Positions 1 through 8,285 of a DNA stretch of 28,538 nucleotides are shown here, piece after piece. The position numbers were made by a program, and so were the translations under genes. Position 1 is the first letter of the stretch; the number at the start of each line of letters is the position of its first letter. The DNA comes from a virus (Duplodnaviria > Caudoviricetes), in the IMG/VR virus record IMGVR_UViG_3300037419_000419, positions 1-28,538 of that record. The stretch is one strand, 5' to 3'. Under the pieces are notes generated by a model. It had not been told where the DNA came from and did not search any database. It saw only the letters and a program-made list of their open reading frames with translations.

Positions 1-96
1 GTCAATCGACTCAACATATCCGGTAAACTCGCTGACTTTTACGAATTTACCAACGGAATTATTAAACTTGCTGCGTACCATGTCGCCGTCTTTCAT
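1..96 (-). CDS. N-terminus of a hypothetical phage protein (MKDGDMVRSKFNNSVGKFVKVSEFTGYVESID...), truncated by the window edge
   Basis: ATG at 96 preceded by strong RBS AAGGAGG (104-110); frame open to position 1; not in the ORF track. Confidence 0.7.
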   Translation of the reverse strand, partial: MKDGDMVRSKFNNSVGKFVKVSEFTGYVESID

Positions 97-210
97 AGGA
101 CATCCTCCTTACGACATATTTTTAATTGTACCCCTTTATTCCGATAGTGAATAGGGGTGAAATTTGTCGAATTGTCTTTTTTGTAACTTTTTAGTAATAT
201 TCGTAACACT

Positions 211-1563
211 TTAGAAGTCGAATTGACTAACGGCTGCCTCGCCGGTTGCTACTTCGCGAACAATTCCGTAGTTCGGCAGGTACAATACTTCGACCTGCGT
301 TCCCTCTCCGCCATTCCGTCCTTTGCCAATCTCGATAATGCCAGCGCCGTCCAGCGTATCAATCCCGAACACATTCGCAGCATCTTCGAGGACCGCCTTC
401 GTCTTCTTAATTTCCGCACGTTTTGGCGCCCGCAGTTCTCGATTACCTTCCTCGTCGCGGTCGTCCTTAACTTCATCCGCTTGTGTGATAACGTGAATCA
501 CTGCGCCAGTCAGTCCGGCAAGCCTCCGAATCCTCTTCGAAGTATTGGCGACATCACCGCCGGCCACTTTCGACGTATTGGCTTCGTAGTCCATTAGGTA
601 GATCGGATCAACGACCACTACGTCCGCCTTTGTCGCAAGGATGTCCACCTCCAACTGCTTCACATCTCGCGTAAAGAAGTCGGCATCGTCCGCAGCTCTC
701 AGCGTCAAATTGCCGGAAATATGTTGACCTTCCGCCATTTCAAGTAAGAAGGTTTCAAAGCCCGCCTCGAACTCTTCCGACAGTTTGCCTGTCAGTAGCG
801 CTCTATTTTCGAAGCCGGCATCATAGTCGACACCTTCGATATTCGCGTTGACCGTGCCGGCTCGAGCGCTGATTGCCGAGTATGCCCGCGCCATCCATTC
901 AAAGCGCGACATCTCCATCGCCCATACGAGCACATTAGCGCCCTGAGCAGCGGCCTCAATCGCCTCTTCCATCGTAAACACCGACTTACCGCGACCGGAT
1001 CGTCCGTGCCACGTATACATGTTTCCGCTGAGGTATCCGCCGATTTGTTCGTTAATCCCCGGAAACTTCGACTTCCATATCTTGAAGGATTCGCCGGCTT
1101 TCCGCTTGCGGTATTCGTCAAGGAACGATTCAGCGTCCGACTTAAGGCTTGTTCCTATTTTATCACGAACACGCGTTCGCTGTCCAATATTTTCTAGTTC
1201 GGATTGCAGCCAGTCGAAGTATTTAAAAATATCTTTTTGCCCGACCGATTCGAATTGCTCGCCGAGCTTACCGTTGACCAGTTCCGCAAATTGCACTTTT
1301 GCCGAGTCCTTCTTAATTTCGCGAGTTAAATATTCGTAACTGTCGCCAATTTCTGGCGAATATACGAAATCTCGGAATTGTCCCGCTACTTCTGCGTAAC
1401 TGGGCGCTTGACCGTGATTTTTCTCTGCGTATTCGGTGAGGAAACGGAAGACTTGCCTATCGCCTTCCGTTGGTAAATCCCGCTCGGTAATGTTGTATCG
1501 AGCTAATATGCCGACGTCGTTAGCGTCTATTATTTTACTAAACAATAATCCCGCATGGTGCAT
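211..1563 (-). CDS. Replicative DNA helicase, DnaB-like (SF4)
   Basis: Walker A GRSGRGKS, AMEM motif, Walker B VVVVD, ITQ and IGKGRNG motifs typical of DnaB/SF4 helicases; RBS GGAGG. Confidence 0.9.
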   Translation of the reverse strand: MHHAGLLFSKIIDANDVGILARYNITERDLPTEGDRQVFRFLTEYAEKNHGQAPSYAEVAGQFRDFVYSPEIGDSYEYLTREIKKDSAKVQFAELVNGKLGEQFESVGQKDIFKYFDWLQSELENIGQRTRVRDKIGTSLKSDAESFLDEYRKRKAGESFKIWKSKFPGINEQIGGYLSGNMYTWHGRSGRGKSVFTMEEAIEAAAQGANVLVWAMEMSRFEWMARAYSAISARAGTVNANIEGVDYDAGFENRALLTGKLSEEFEAGFETFLLEMAEGQHISGNLTLRAADDADFFTRDVKQLEVDILATKADVVVVDPIYLMDYEANTSKVAGGDVANTSKRIRRLAGLTGAVIHVITQADEVKDDRDEEGNRELRAPKRAEIKKTKAVLEDAANVFGIDTLDGAGIIEIGKGRNGGEGTQVEVLYLPNYGIVREVATGEAAVSQFDF

Positions 1564-1574
1564 TCGCTCGCCTC

Positions 1575-2114
1575 CTAATCCGTTTCAACTAACTTCTTCA
1601 ATTCTGCGTCTATTGCGAAAATACGATCGCCAAACTCCTCGTTCCCCGTCTTCGCCAGCATATCCGCAGCCCAATTCCGCAAGTCTAGCAAGTTATCAAT
1701 CTGCTCGCCGCGCTTCTTCCGCATTTCCTTTTGTTCCTTCGCCAATTGTGCGCTTAACTCCCTCGCTGTCGGCTTGCGTGGTTCCTGTTTCGCCATATTC
1801 ACCGCTCCCTTTCCGAAATTTTGCATTACATCGGTTACCCAATCCGGCATAGTTGGCGCCGACGCTTCATAGTCCGGCGGATTTGCTTCGAGATACTCTT
1901 CCGCCTTATCTGCCTCCGCCACTAGCGTTATGTCATCCTCGCAACATTCGATATAGTCGCATGAAACGACGTCGAAAACTTCATACACGATATCGCTCCA
2001 TTCTTCGTCCTGATACTGCCAGTGTTCGATACGGCGTCCGTCAACTTCGAATATGCGTGGGAAATATCCGTTGACTTTTACGAGGTCGCCGAAGTTGAAT
2101 TCCGGTTTGTTCAT
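1575..2114 (-). CDS. Hypothetical phage protein (N-terminal KPEFNFGDLV SH3-like start, helical C-terminus; loosely YodN-like)
   Basis: 179-aa ORF with ATGA overlap to upstream YopX gene; family resemblance by eye only. Confidence 0.65.
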   Translation of the reverse strand: MNKPEFNFGDLVKVNGYFPRIFEVDGRRIEHWQYQDEEWSDIVYEVFDVVSCDYIECCEDDITLVAEADKAEEYLEANPPDYEASAPTMPDWVTDVMQNFGKGAVNMAKQEPRKPTARELSAQLAKEQKEMRKKRGEQIDNLLDLRNWAADMLAKTGNEEFGDRIFAIDAELKKLVETD

Positions 2115-2488
2115 TCGGATGCCCCCAATAACTCTGGATTTTCGTAGATGTTTCCGATTACTCGACCGCCTTTTGCTGCCTGCATATTCAAATGATCGTC
2201 ACTATCGGATTTGTCGTGGCAGTAAAAGGATGCGTACTCATCATCCCATTTAATCACCATCGGCCAATCACCGTATTCTTCTGTATAAACGATGTCGCCT
2301 TCGTAAATTTCAACGCCATTCTTATCACGCAAACCGGTGAACATACATAATTCGTATCTATCGCTTCCGATACTTAGTACAGACGGTTCCCGAACGGATG
2401 CAGATACTTCGACCTCTGATAATTGTTCGTTATGGTCCGCCCATCTTTGCTCATCTTTAACCCATGTTCTGTATTTAATCGTTCTCAT
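2111..2488 (-). CDS. YopX family protein
   Basis: IKYRTW...MFTGLRDKNGVEIYEGDIV...VIGNIYENPELL signature; start reassigned to ATG 2488 (TGATG overlap with upstream stop). Confidence 0.9.
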   Translation of the reverse strand: MRTIKYRTWVKDEQRWADHNEQLSEVEVSASVREPSVLSIGSDRYELCMFTGLRDKNGVEIYEGDIVYTEEYGDWPMVIKWDDEYASFYCHDKSDSDDHLNMQAAKGGRVIGNIYENPELLGASE

Positions 2489-3243
2489 CAGCGTCTCCCC
2501 CTTTTCGATTCTCCTCCGAAATGTAACACGGCACACATATCGCGCATCCTATCGTAAAGCCTGGCGTCAAACACGACCGCCATTTCCTCAATCGGCAAGT
2601 TACTCGTAAATATCGTAGGCATTCCGTTAACCGTCCGATAGTTAATAATCGCATGAATGTACGCTCTGAAAGCCTCGCTGGCTGACCTCACTCCGATGTC
2701 ATCTATGACCGCAAAGGGCGCCGTTTGTGCGCGTTTTATGACCGCCTTAATACTGTTGATGCCCGCCTCGTCATTCGTCATTGTAGCGAGGTTGTAGTCG
2801 GTCTGAAAGGCGTTCACGTCGAGGAAGTAAGCCGGAGTCTGCTGAGGAGCCTGCCTATCGCTCCCAGTCCGCTTACTCTCTTCGTAGTAATAACGCATGA
2901 TCCATTCGTTTAGGACCGCTATTGCCGTAGTGGTCTTTCCTGTTCCGGGACTTTCCGAAAATAAATACAGGCTCTTAATTCGCTTACCATCTTCGTCAAA
3001 AATACGGTCAAATGTCGCCACATACTTTTCGATCGTTGCGTAAACTTTCGCCTGTGCTTCGCGAGCTGGCGATGTGGCTAGCGTGAGCAACCGATAATCT
3101 GCCGGCGTGTTAGCGTTGGCGACTCGGCCTCCCTTTGCGCTATAGCCGTGCATGGCGATGAATGCCGAGCATTGGCGATTGCAATTCGGACCATTTGCCA
3201 GTTTGCAGCGCGCTGCGAGAATGCAGTTATTTGCGTGTGTCAT
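2488..3243 (-). CDS. DnaC/IstB-like AAA+ helicase loader
   Basis: N-terminal Cys cluster, Walker A SESPGTGKT, Walker B AVIDDIG, PTIFTSN, RLYDRM; start at ATG 3243 after GGAGGTG. Confidence 0.88.
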   Translation of the reverse strand: MTHANNCILAARCKLANGPNCNRQCSAFIAMHGYSAKGGRVANANTPADYRLLTLATSPAREAQAKVYATIEKYVATFDRIFDEDGKRIKSLYLFSESPGTGKTTTAIAVLNEWIMRYYYEESKRTGSDRQAPQQTPAYFLDVNAFQTDYNLATMTNDEAGINSIKAVIKRAQTAPFAVIDDIGVRSASEAFRAYIHAIINYRTVNGMPTIFTSNLPIEEMAVVFDARLYDRMRDMCAVLHFGGESKRGRR

Positions 3244-3262
3244 TCGTTCACCTCCTCGTTCA

Positions 3263-3832
3263 TTATTCCCGTGAGTCATCTACGATTTTTGCGTATTCTA
3301 AGTCCTTCTTTCCGAATCGCGAACCGTTTTCAACGCAAATTATGTGAGACTCGCCAACTCTAAACGAGTATTCCGGAACCCATCTTACGATATCACCGTC
3401 CCGCACTTCTGTCGGCTGTGGAGCGTTCAAATATTCCGCAGGGACTTCTAGCCCAAGCGCACGTCTTAACGCAATTGCCTTTCCAATGTGAGCGTTGAAG
3501 CAGTCTGACGGATCACATTTGGCGATTCCTCGTCCGTGAACCATTCCGGAAGCACGACGTCTTTTCAAAGCGACAACCACTCGCTTTTCCGTATTAATTT
3601 CGAATGTGAATCGAAAACTTCCCCACGGATTTAATTCTCGACCTAACTCCGCAACATCTCGCTTTGCCTTTTCGATAATTTCGTCGCGAATATCTTGCGG
3701 AGATTTACTAACTGGCGCTTTTGACGTCAAATCATGCGTAGCATCCTTGTAGCCCTGCTCGTATGCCGCGAGTCGTAATTCCTCGATTGCTTCCCGTGCC
3801 ATTTCCGCCGCTAAATCATAACGTGTTTTCAT
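3263..3832 (-). CDS. Conserved hypothetical phage protein (GIAKCDPSDCFNAHIGKAIAL motif)
   Basis: 189-aa ORF with GAGGAG RBS; AKCxPxDxF motif recurrent in Firmicutes phage early genes. Confidence 0.75.
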   Translation of the reverse strand: MKTRYDLAAEMAREAIEELRLAAYEQGYKDATHDLTSKAPVSKSPQDIRDEIIEKAKRDVAELGRELNPWGSFRFTFEINTEKRVVVALKRRRASGMVHGRGIAKCDPSDCFNAHIGKAIALRRALGLEVPAEYLNAPQPTEVRDGDIVRWVPEYSFRVGESHIICVENGSRFGKKDLEYAKIVDDSRE

Positions 3833-3852
3833 TCCGTTTCCTCCTCGTCATT

Positions 3853-4233
3853 TTATAACCAATCGTCGTCAAACTCTTGCGTCTGCTCCACCGCCTGCTG
3901 AACGCTCGCCTTCCGCTTCGCCTCCGCCTGCACCCGTTGCCATACCGCCGTCTTATACGTCCATAGCCACGTAAAACTAACGCCAGGATATTCGCGCGTC
4001 CCTTTGTGGCTACGGAAGCACTCGTCGACGAACGCCTTGACCAACTCCGGCTCATATTTGCGCGGCTTTTGGCGTGTGCCGATTAAGCCTCCGATCATTC
4101 CGCGTTCTGCCGACCAGCTTCGGAATGGGCGATACTCGACTCCGTAGACTTGAGCGTGGCGTTCGGCGATATAGGCGAGCAGGTCGTTGACGGACCATTT
4201 ATCGACTGGCTTTTCGTTAAATGTCGATGCCAT
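3853..4233 (-). CDS. Putative replication protein (initiator C-terminal-like helical domain with acidic DDDWL tail)
   Basis: 126 aa, TAATG-coupled to upstream gene, lies in the replication cluster upstream of the loader; function inferred. Confidence 0.6.
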   Translation of the reverse strand: MASTFNEKPVDKWSVNDLLAYIAERHAQVYGVEYRPFRSWSAERGMIGGLIGTRQKPRKYEPELVKAFVDECFRSHKGTREYPGVSFTWLWTYKTAVWQRVQAEAKRKASVQQAVEQTQEFDDDWL

Positions 4234-4601
4234 TACGCATTCACCCCAGAGATAGTGATCCCCTGCATGTCAAGCGTTTCTTTTATACCGTCCATCACTC
4301 CGGCAAAATATTCGTTCTCATATTCGCCAAACTTATCGTATTCTTCTTTCGCTTTTTCGTATGCTTCCTTGATATTTTGGATGAATTCTTCCGGATTGAA
4401 TGCGACCTCATATCCGCAAATCAGCGCCTCCATTAATTCGTCGTAATTTCCGTCAAAGTAGCGAAGGATTAATTCGGATCGCTCAGCCTCGTAGCCTAGC
4501 GAAAGGATATCGGTGAAGGCTTCGGTTTTGGTATCGGCTAGGTCGGTGTAATGGCGGATGGCTTCGGCTACCTCTTTAGGAACTGTTATTTTTGAATTCA
4601 T
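4233..4601 (-). CDS. DUF1642-like phage protein
   Basis: KITVPKEVAEAI...LMEALICGYEV pattern; strong RBS GGAGGAG. Confidence 0.65.
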   Translation of the reverse strand: MNSKITVPKEVAEAIRHYTDLADTKTEAFTDILSLGYEAERSELILRYFDGNYDELMEALICGYEVAFNPEEFIQNIKEAYEKAKEEYDKFGEYENEYFAGVMDGIKETLDMQGITISGVNA

Positions 4602-4659
4602 TATTTACTCCTCCATTTCCGATGGTCTTTTTTTCGCAAAGTCTTTTAAGGTTATAATC

Positions 4660-4804
4660 GTCGCGATAGATAGTGTTTTTTCTATCTAGCGCAATGTTTA
4701 TCTTGTTATATGTCTCTTGTTATATAGTTCTTCTTACTGTTACACGAGCGTCACACGATTCCTTACATGTACGTCACTCGGTCGGTATCTTCCGTGTCAC
4801 TCGG
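4660..4804. repeat. Candidate replication origin: iteron-like GTCAC(T/A)CG repeats plus adjacent AT-rich repeats
   Basis: GTCACACGA 4750, GTCACTCGG 4773 and 4796 (23-bp period), GTTACACGA 4739; TCTTGTTATAT at 4701 and 4715; TAGATAG/CTATCTA inverted repeat 4667-4688. Confidence 0.55.
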
Positions 4805-5146
4805 CTCCTTACTTTCATCTTTACCAAACTTAAATCCTGCTGCCTGCGAGATAAAATACGTGTTTTGCAAGAATGTTTTATTTCGTGGATGTTTCGTTTG
4901 TTCCTTCGTTAAAATCGGTTGACCTTGCCAACGAAAGTCGCACAACGCCTTTATTCTTCGGTTCACCGTTTCGCGACGAATGCCGAGGTGTTCTGCGATA
5001 GTATCTTGCGAAGGGAAGCATTTGCCTCGATCGTTCATATATAGCGCCAGTGCCGATAGTGTCTGCCAGCGTTCCGGACCTAGCTCGCCGATTAGTCCGC
5101 TAGTAAGTGCGTGTTTGTGGAATTTTATGAAAATGTGCTCGTTCAT
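4763..5146 (-). CDS. Winged-HTH DNA-binding protein, phage replication initiator N-terminal type
   Basis: CFPSQDTIAEHLGIRRETVNRRIKAL...QNTY matches HTH_36-type phage initiator domains. Confidence 0.75.
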   Translation of the reverse strand: MNEHIFIKFHKHALTSGLIGELGPERWQTLSALALYMNDRGKCFPSQDTIAEHLGIRRETVNRRIKALCDFRWQGQPILTKEQTKHPRNKTFLQNTYFISQAAGFKFGKDESKEPSDTEDTDRVTYM

Positions 5147-6141
5147 TATTGCGCCTCCAGTTCGTCAATAGTGCGTGGGTTGGCGTGACACCAGTAAACG
5201 TGGTCCCGATATTCTTCGACTGTCATAGCGTTTGCCGACACTAGCCAAGCGATTAGGTTATCGAAACGTTCCTGCGATAGTTCAAAGCGTTGCCTATTCG
5301 CTTCGAACCATTCGAAAATGTTTGAGTCGTTTTTTGATTGATTTAAGTCCGCTCTCAAAGGAATCATATTGCCGTATGTTGTTCCTCCGTGCCCGACCGC
5401 CAATGGGATTACGTGATCTACGTGGAATTTACTTTCGCCGGTAAGAGCACACCTGTCATCAAATTCATAAAGTGTAAAAGCATGTTGTGCAGGTGTTAAA
5501 TCATCTGGTAAACCCCTTTTCCTTGCTAATCTTTTGTGCGCGCCTCTTTTAAGCGTCAGAGCATATCTTTCTTTATTATTTAACTGCCATTTTCTCGAAG
5601 CTAATTTAAATTTTTCTCTAGCCTCGCTGTTGTTTCGTAAATAATCTCTTAAATTAGCCGCTTGACATGTATTACAGCGTGTATATAAACCGAAGGGACT
5701 GCCTTTCTTTTTGCTGAATTTCTTTAGTTGCTGAACTTCTCCGCAACCATGACATTTTTTATAGAACAAATCAGCTAATTGTATTTTGTCTTTAATTTTC
5801 AGGTACTTTTCTAAGTCACCGTAGTTTTCTCTAACGTATCGACCTACGCTTATAATGTTTTCTCCGAGCGACTCCGTTATATCAACTTTCAAATTTTCGA
5901 AAGCAATGTCACAAAGTCTCTCCAACTCATCCTCCTCCCACAACCATTCGAAGTTCTGATACAGATGCTTCCGATCTTCTTCGTCGAAAGCCTCGTATAT
6001 TTCTACAAGTCCTCTATTCAGTAGTCTGTTAACCTTCGAATGATGGACGTTTAATATCGCAGCAGTTTTGTTCATACTGTTTCCGGCGTCAAGTAACGCC
6101 TGAACCGTGTCGATAAAGTCTATGTCTTTATACACCTCCAA
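5146..6141 (-). CDS. HNH endonuclease (putative homing endonuclease) with N-terminal HTH and Zn-ribbon
   Basis: CALTG...HVDHVIPL...GG...NM...N..K HNH motif; CHGC...CNTC zinc ligands; SMNKTAAILNVHHSKVNR HTH-like; start codon uncertain. Confidence 0.8.
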   Translation of the reverse strand: MEVYKDIDFIDTVQALLDAGNSMNKTAAILNVHHSKVNRLLNRGLVEIYEAFDEEDRKHLYQNFEWLWEEDELERLCDIAFENLKVDITESLGENIISVGRYVRENYGDLEKYLKIKDKIQLADLFYKKCHGCGEVQQLKKFSKKKGSPFGLYTRCNTCQAANLRDYLRNNSEAREKFKLASRKWQLNNKERYALTLKRGAHKRLARKRGLPDDLTPAQHAFTLYEFDDRCALTGESKFHVDHVIPLAVGHGGTTYGNMIPLRADLNQSKNDSNIFEWFEANRQRFELSQERFDNLIAWLVSANAMTVEEYRDHVYWCHANPRTIDELEAQ

Positions 6142-6188
6142 ACCCCCTTTTACTTTTTAGCGCCGTGTGACTCACGCCTTATACTTAG

Positions 6189-6217
6189 ATTGACGCACCT
6201 GTTTTCTTTTTCGGACA
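6189..6217 (-). promoter_or_regulatory. Repeated early-region promoter/operator, copy 1 (TGTCCG-N16-CGTCAAT on minus strand)
   Basis: 24/29 identical to 6447-6475; upstream of the HNH/replication operon. Confidence 0.6.
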
Positions 6218-6243
6218 TTTTTACGCAAAAAAAATAACGATGC

Positions 6244-6426
6244 TTATTTAGCACCGCCGTTCATCCGTTTTATAAAACTTTCATTTATTATTCGCTCAAG
6301 CTCTTTTAATATCGGATTGCCATTCGCCAGTTCCTTTTCGAAATGTTGGCGCCGTTCTTCCTTCGATAACTCCATTAAAGGCGAGTGTATAATTCCGATA
6401 GTATTTCCTATGATAATTTCCTTCAC
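6244..6426 (-). CDS. Small hypothetical protein, candidate recombination directionality factor
   Basis: GTG at 6426 lies 8 nt after AAGGAG (track start 6435 overlaps the RBS); about 60 aa, divergent from the integrase; RDF role is inference. Confidence 0.6.
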   Translation of the reverse strand: MKEIIIGNTIGIIHSPLMELSKEERRQHFEKELANGNPILKELERIINESFIKRMNGGAK

Positions 6427-6446
6427 GTCAACCACTCCTTAATTAT

Positions 6447-6475
6447 ATTGACGCAGGACTTTTCGTTTTCGGACA
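6447..6475 (-). promoter_or_regulatory. Repeated early-region promoter/operator, copy 2
   Basis: ATTGACGCA-N4-TTTTC-NTTTT-CGGACA, immediately upstream of the RBS of the 60-aa gene. Confidence 0.6.
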
Positions 6476-6486
6476 AGATTAGTAGA

Positions 6487-6516
6487 TTTACAGATTCGTG
6501 TATAGACGGTTATAAT
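6487..6516 (+). promoter_or_regulatory. SigA-type promoter of the integrase
   Basis: TTTACA-N18-TATAAT, then RBS GGAGAGGTG and ATG 6535. Confidence 0.65.
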
Positions 6517-6534
6517 ATGTGGAGAGGTGATTAA

Positions 6535-8085
6535 ATGAGCCGTCCTAGCGACCTTAATATCTATATTTATTTGCGTAAGAGTCGAAAAGACCTCGAAGAA
6601 GAAAAGAAAGCGAGCGAGCACGGAGAGAATTACGATACACTCGAACGCCACCGCAACAACCTACTCGCCGTTGCGAAGAAAGAACGCCACAATATCTTGC
6701 ATATATATGAAGAAGTCGTTTCCGGAGAGTCCGTAACAGAGCGACCGTCTGTCCAGGAAATGATTCGCGAGTTAGATGTCGGACTCGCTGACGGTGTCCT
6801 CGTTATGGACTTAGACCGTCTCGGACGTGGTGATATGCTCGACCAGGGCTTACTCGACCGTGCTTTCCGGTACTCCGGTACGAAAATCCTAACGCCGACC
6901 GAAGTCTACGATCCGGAATCTGAAACGTGGGAGCTGGTATTCGGAATCAAGTCGCTAGTTGCCCGCGAAGAATTAAAGGCGATTACCCGCCGTATGCAAC
7001 GTGGACGAGTCGCATCTGCTGGCGAAGGTAAGTCGATTTCGAAAGTGCCGCCATACGGATATACTCGTAATGAAAACTTACACCTAGAGCCCGACGTTGA
7101 GACGGCTTGGGTCGTTAAGAAAATGTTCGAGATGATGCGCGACGGTCACGGGCGCCAAGCGATTGCGCAAGAATTGGACAGGCTCGGAATTAAGCCTCCG
7201 AATACTAAACGCAAAACTTGGTCGCCTAGCAGCATTACCGCGATAATCAAAAACGAAGTTTATCTCGGCACCATTATTTGGGGCCAAGTTAAATACGTTA
7301 AGCGGAACGGAAAGTATAAAAAAACGAAGGTGCCGCGTAGTAAATGGACGATTAAAGAAAACGCGCACGATCCGTTAGTCTCGCCTGAATTATTCGAAGC
7401 AGCTAACCGCGCTCACTCAGGCCGTTGGCGGCCTTCTCATAACGTTTCGAAAGGACTATCTAATCCGCTGGCTGGCGTACTAAAATGCGAGGTCTGCGGT
7501 TATGCCATGCTTTATCAACCTAAGCCTAACCGGCCGAATGACGTAATACGATGCGCTCAGCCGAGTTGCAAAGGCGTTCAAAAAGGTGCGGGGATTCATC
7601 TCGTAGAACAACGAGTACTTGATTTATTAAGCGAATACGCGATTGATATTGCCGTAAAGTTTACACAAAAAATGCCGGCCACCGACGACGAAATTCCGTA
7701 TAAGAAGCTATTAGTCGAAAGTAAGAAGGAAGAGATTGCGCAATTAGAAACGCAGAAAAGTAATTTGCACGATTTATTAGAACAGAAAGTTTACGACGTC
7801 AATACGTTTATTGATCGTCAGCAAAAGTTAGTCGAGCGCATCAACGTAATACAGGAAGAAGTGCGAAATTTAATGAGCGAGATTCAAAAAGAGGAGCTTC
7901 GTCATACAAGCGTTACCGATATTTTGCCGCAACTGCAGACGGTCATTGCCGAATATTGGAATGCCAATATTGAAACACGAAACCAAATGTTGAAGACCGT
8001 TTTAGAAAAGGCGACGTATCTCCGCAAAAAGGAATGGACGAAGCCTGACCAATTTATGATACAGTTATATCCCCAAAAAATATAG
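6535..8085 (+). CDS. Large serine recombinase (phage integrase)
   Basis: YLRKS catalytic Ser motif, DLDRLGR, PPYGY recombinase domain, CEVC...C Zn ribbon, C-terminal coiled coil. Confidence 0.95.
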   Translation: MSRPSDLNIYIYLRKSRKDLEEEKKASEHGENYDTLERHRNNLLAVAKKERHNILHIYEEVVSGESVTERPSVQEMIRELDVGLADGVLVMDLDRLGRGDMLDQGLLDRAFRYSGTKILTPTEVYDPESETWELVFGIKSLVAREELKAITRRMQRGRVASAGEGKSISKVPPYGYTRNENLHLEPDVETAWVVKKMFEMMRDGHGRQAIAQELDRLGIKPPNTKRKTWSPSSITAIIKNEVYLGTIIWGQVKYVKRNGKYKKTKVPRSKWTIKENAHDPLVSPELFEAANRAHSGRWRPSHNVSKGLSNPLAGVLKCEVCGYAMLYQPKPNRPNDVIRCAQPSCKGVQKGAGIHLVEQRVLDLLSEYAIDIAVKFTQKMPATDDEIPYKKLLVESKKEEIAQLETQKSNLHDLLEQKVYDVNTFIDRQQKLVERINVIQEEVRNLMSEIQKEELRHTSVTDILPQLQTVIAEYWNANIETRNQMLKTVLEKATYLRKKEWTKPDQFMIQLYPQKI

Positions 8086-8110
8086 AAGGCCTAAATCAGC
8101 CTTCTTTTTC
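8084..8110 (+). terminator. Intrinsic terminator of the integrase
   Basis: AGAAGGC-N8-GCCTTCT followed by a T tract. Confidence 0.7.
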
Positions 8111-8211
8111 TTTCGGGAAAAACGTTTTAAGTGCAGGAATTACGTCCGATTTTTCCTTTAATATATAGTAGAGAAATTTATCATTCTTGATATTACTGAG
8201 TCCTGAAAAGA

Positions 8212-8259
8212 GTGTAGAGCGTTGACGATTATATTGATTTAAACGTTAACGCTATACAC
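8212..8259. other. Putative attP site for the serine integrase
   Basis: 48-bp imperfect palindrome (outer arms GTGTAGAGCGTTGACG / CGTTAACGCTATACAC, 14/16 complementary), central TG at 8235-8236, between two convergent terminators downstream of int. Confidence 0.7.
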
Positions 8260-8263
8260 GGAG

Positions 8264-8285
8264 AAAAGACGCCGTAAGGACGCCT
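8264..8285 (-). terminator. Intrinsic terminator ending the pilin-M23-ATPase operon
   Basis: Minus strand AGGCGTCC-TTAC-GGCGTCT-TTT directly at the stop of the 87-aa gene. Confidence 0.55.

Noticed and set aside
4739-4804. Regularly spaced repeats as a mini-CRISPR array
   Set aside because: Repeats are only 8-9 bp with 14-bp gaps and there are no cas genes; they fit iterons better.
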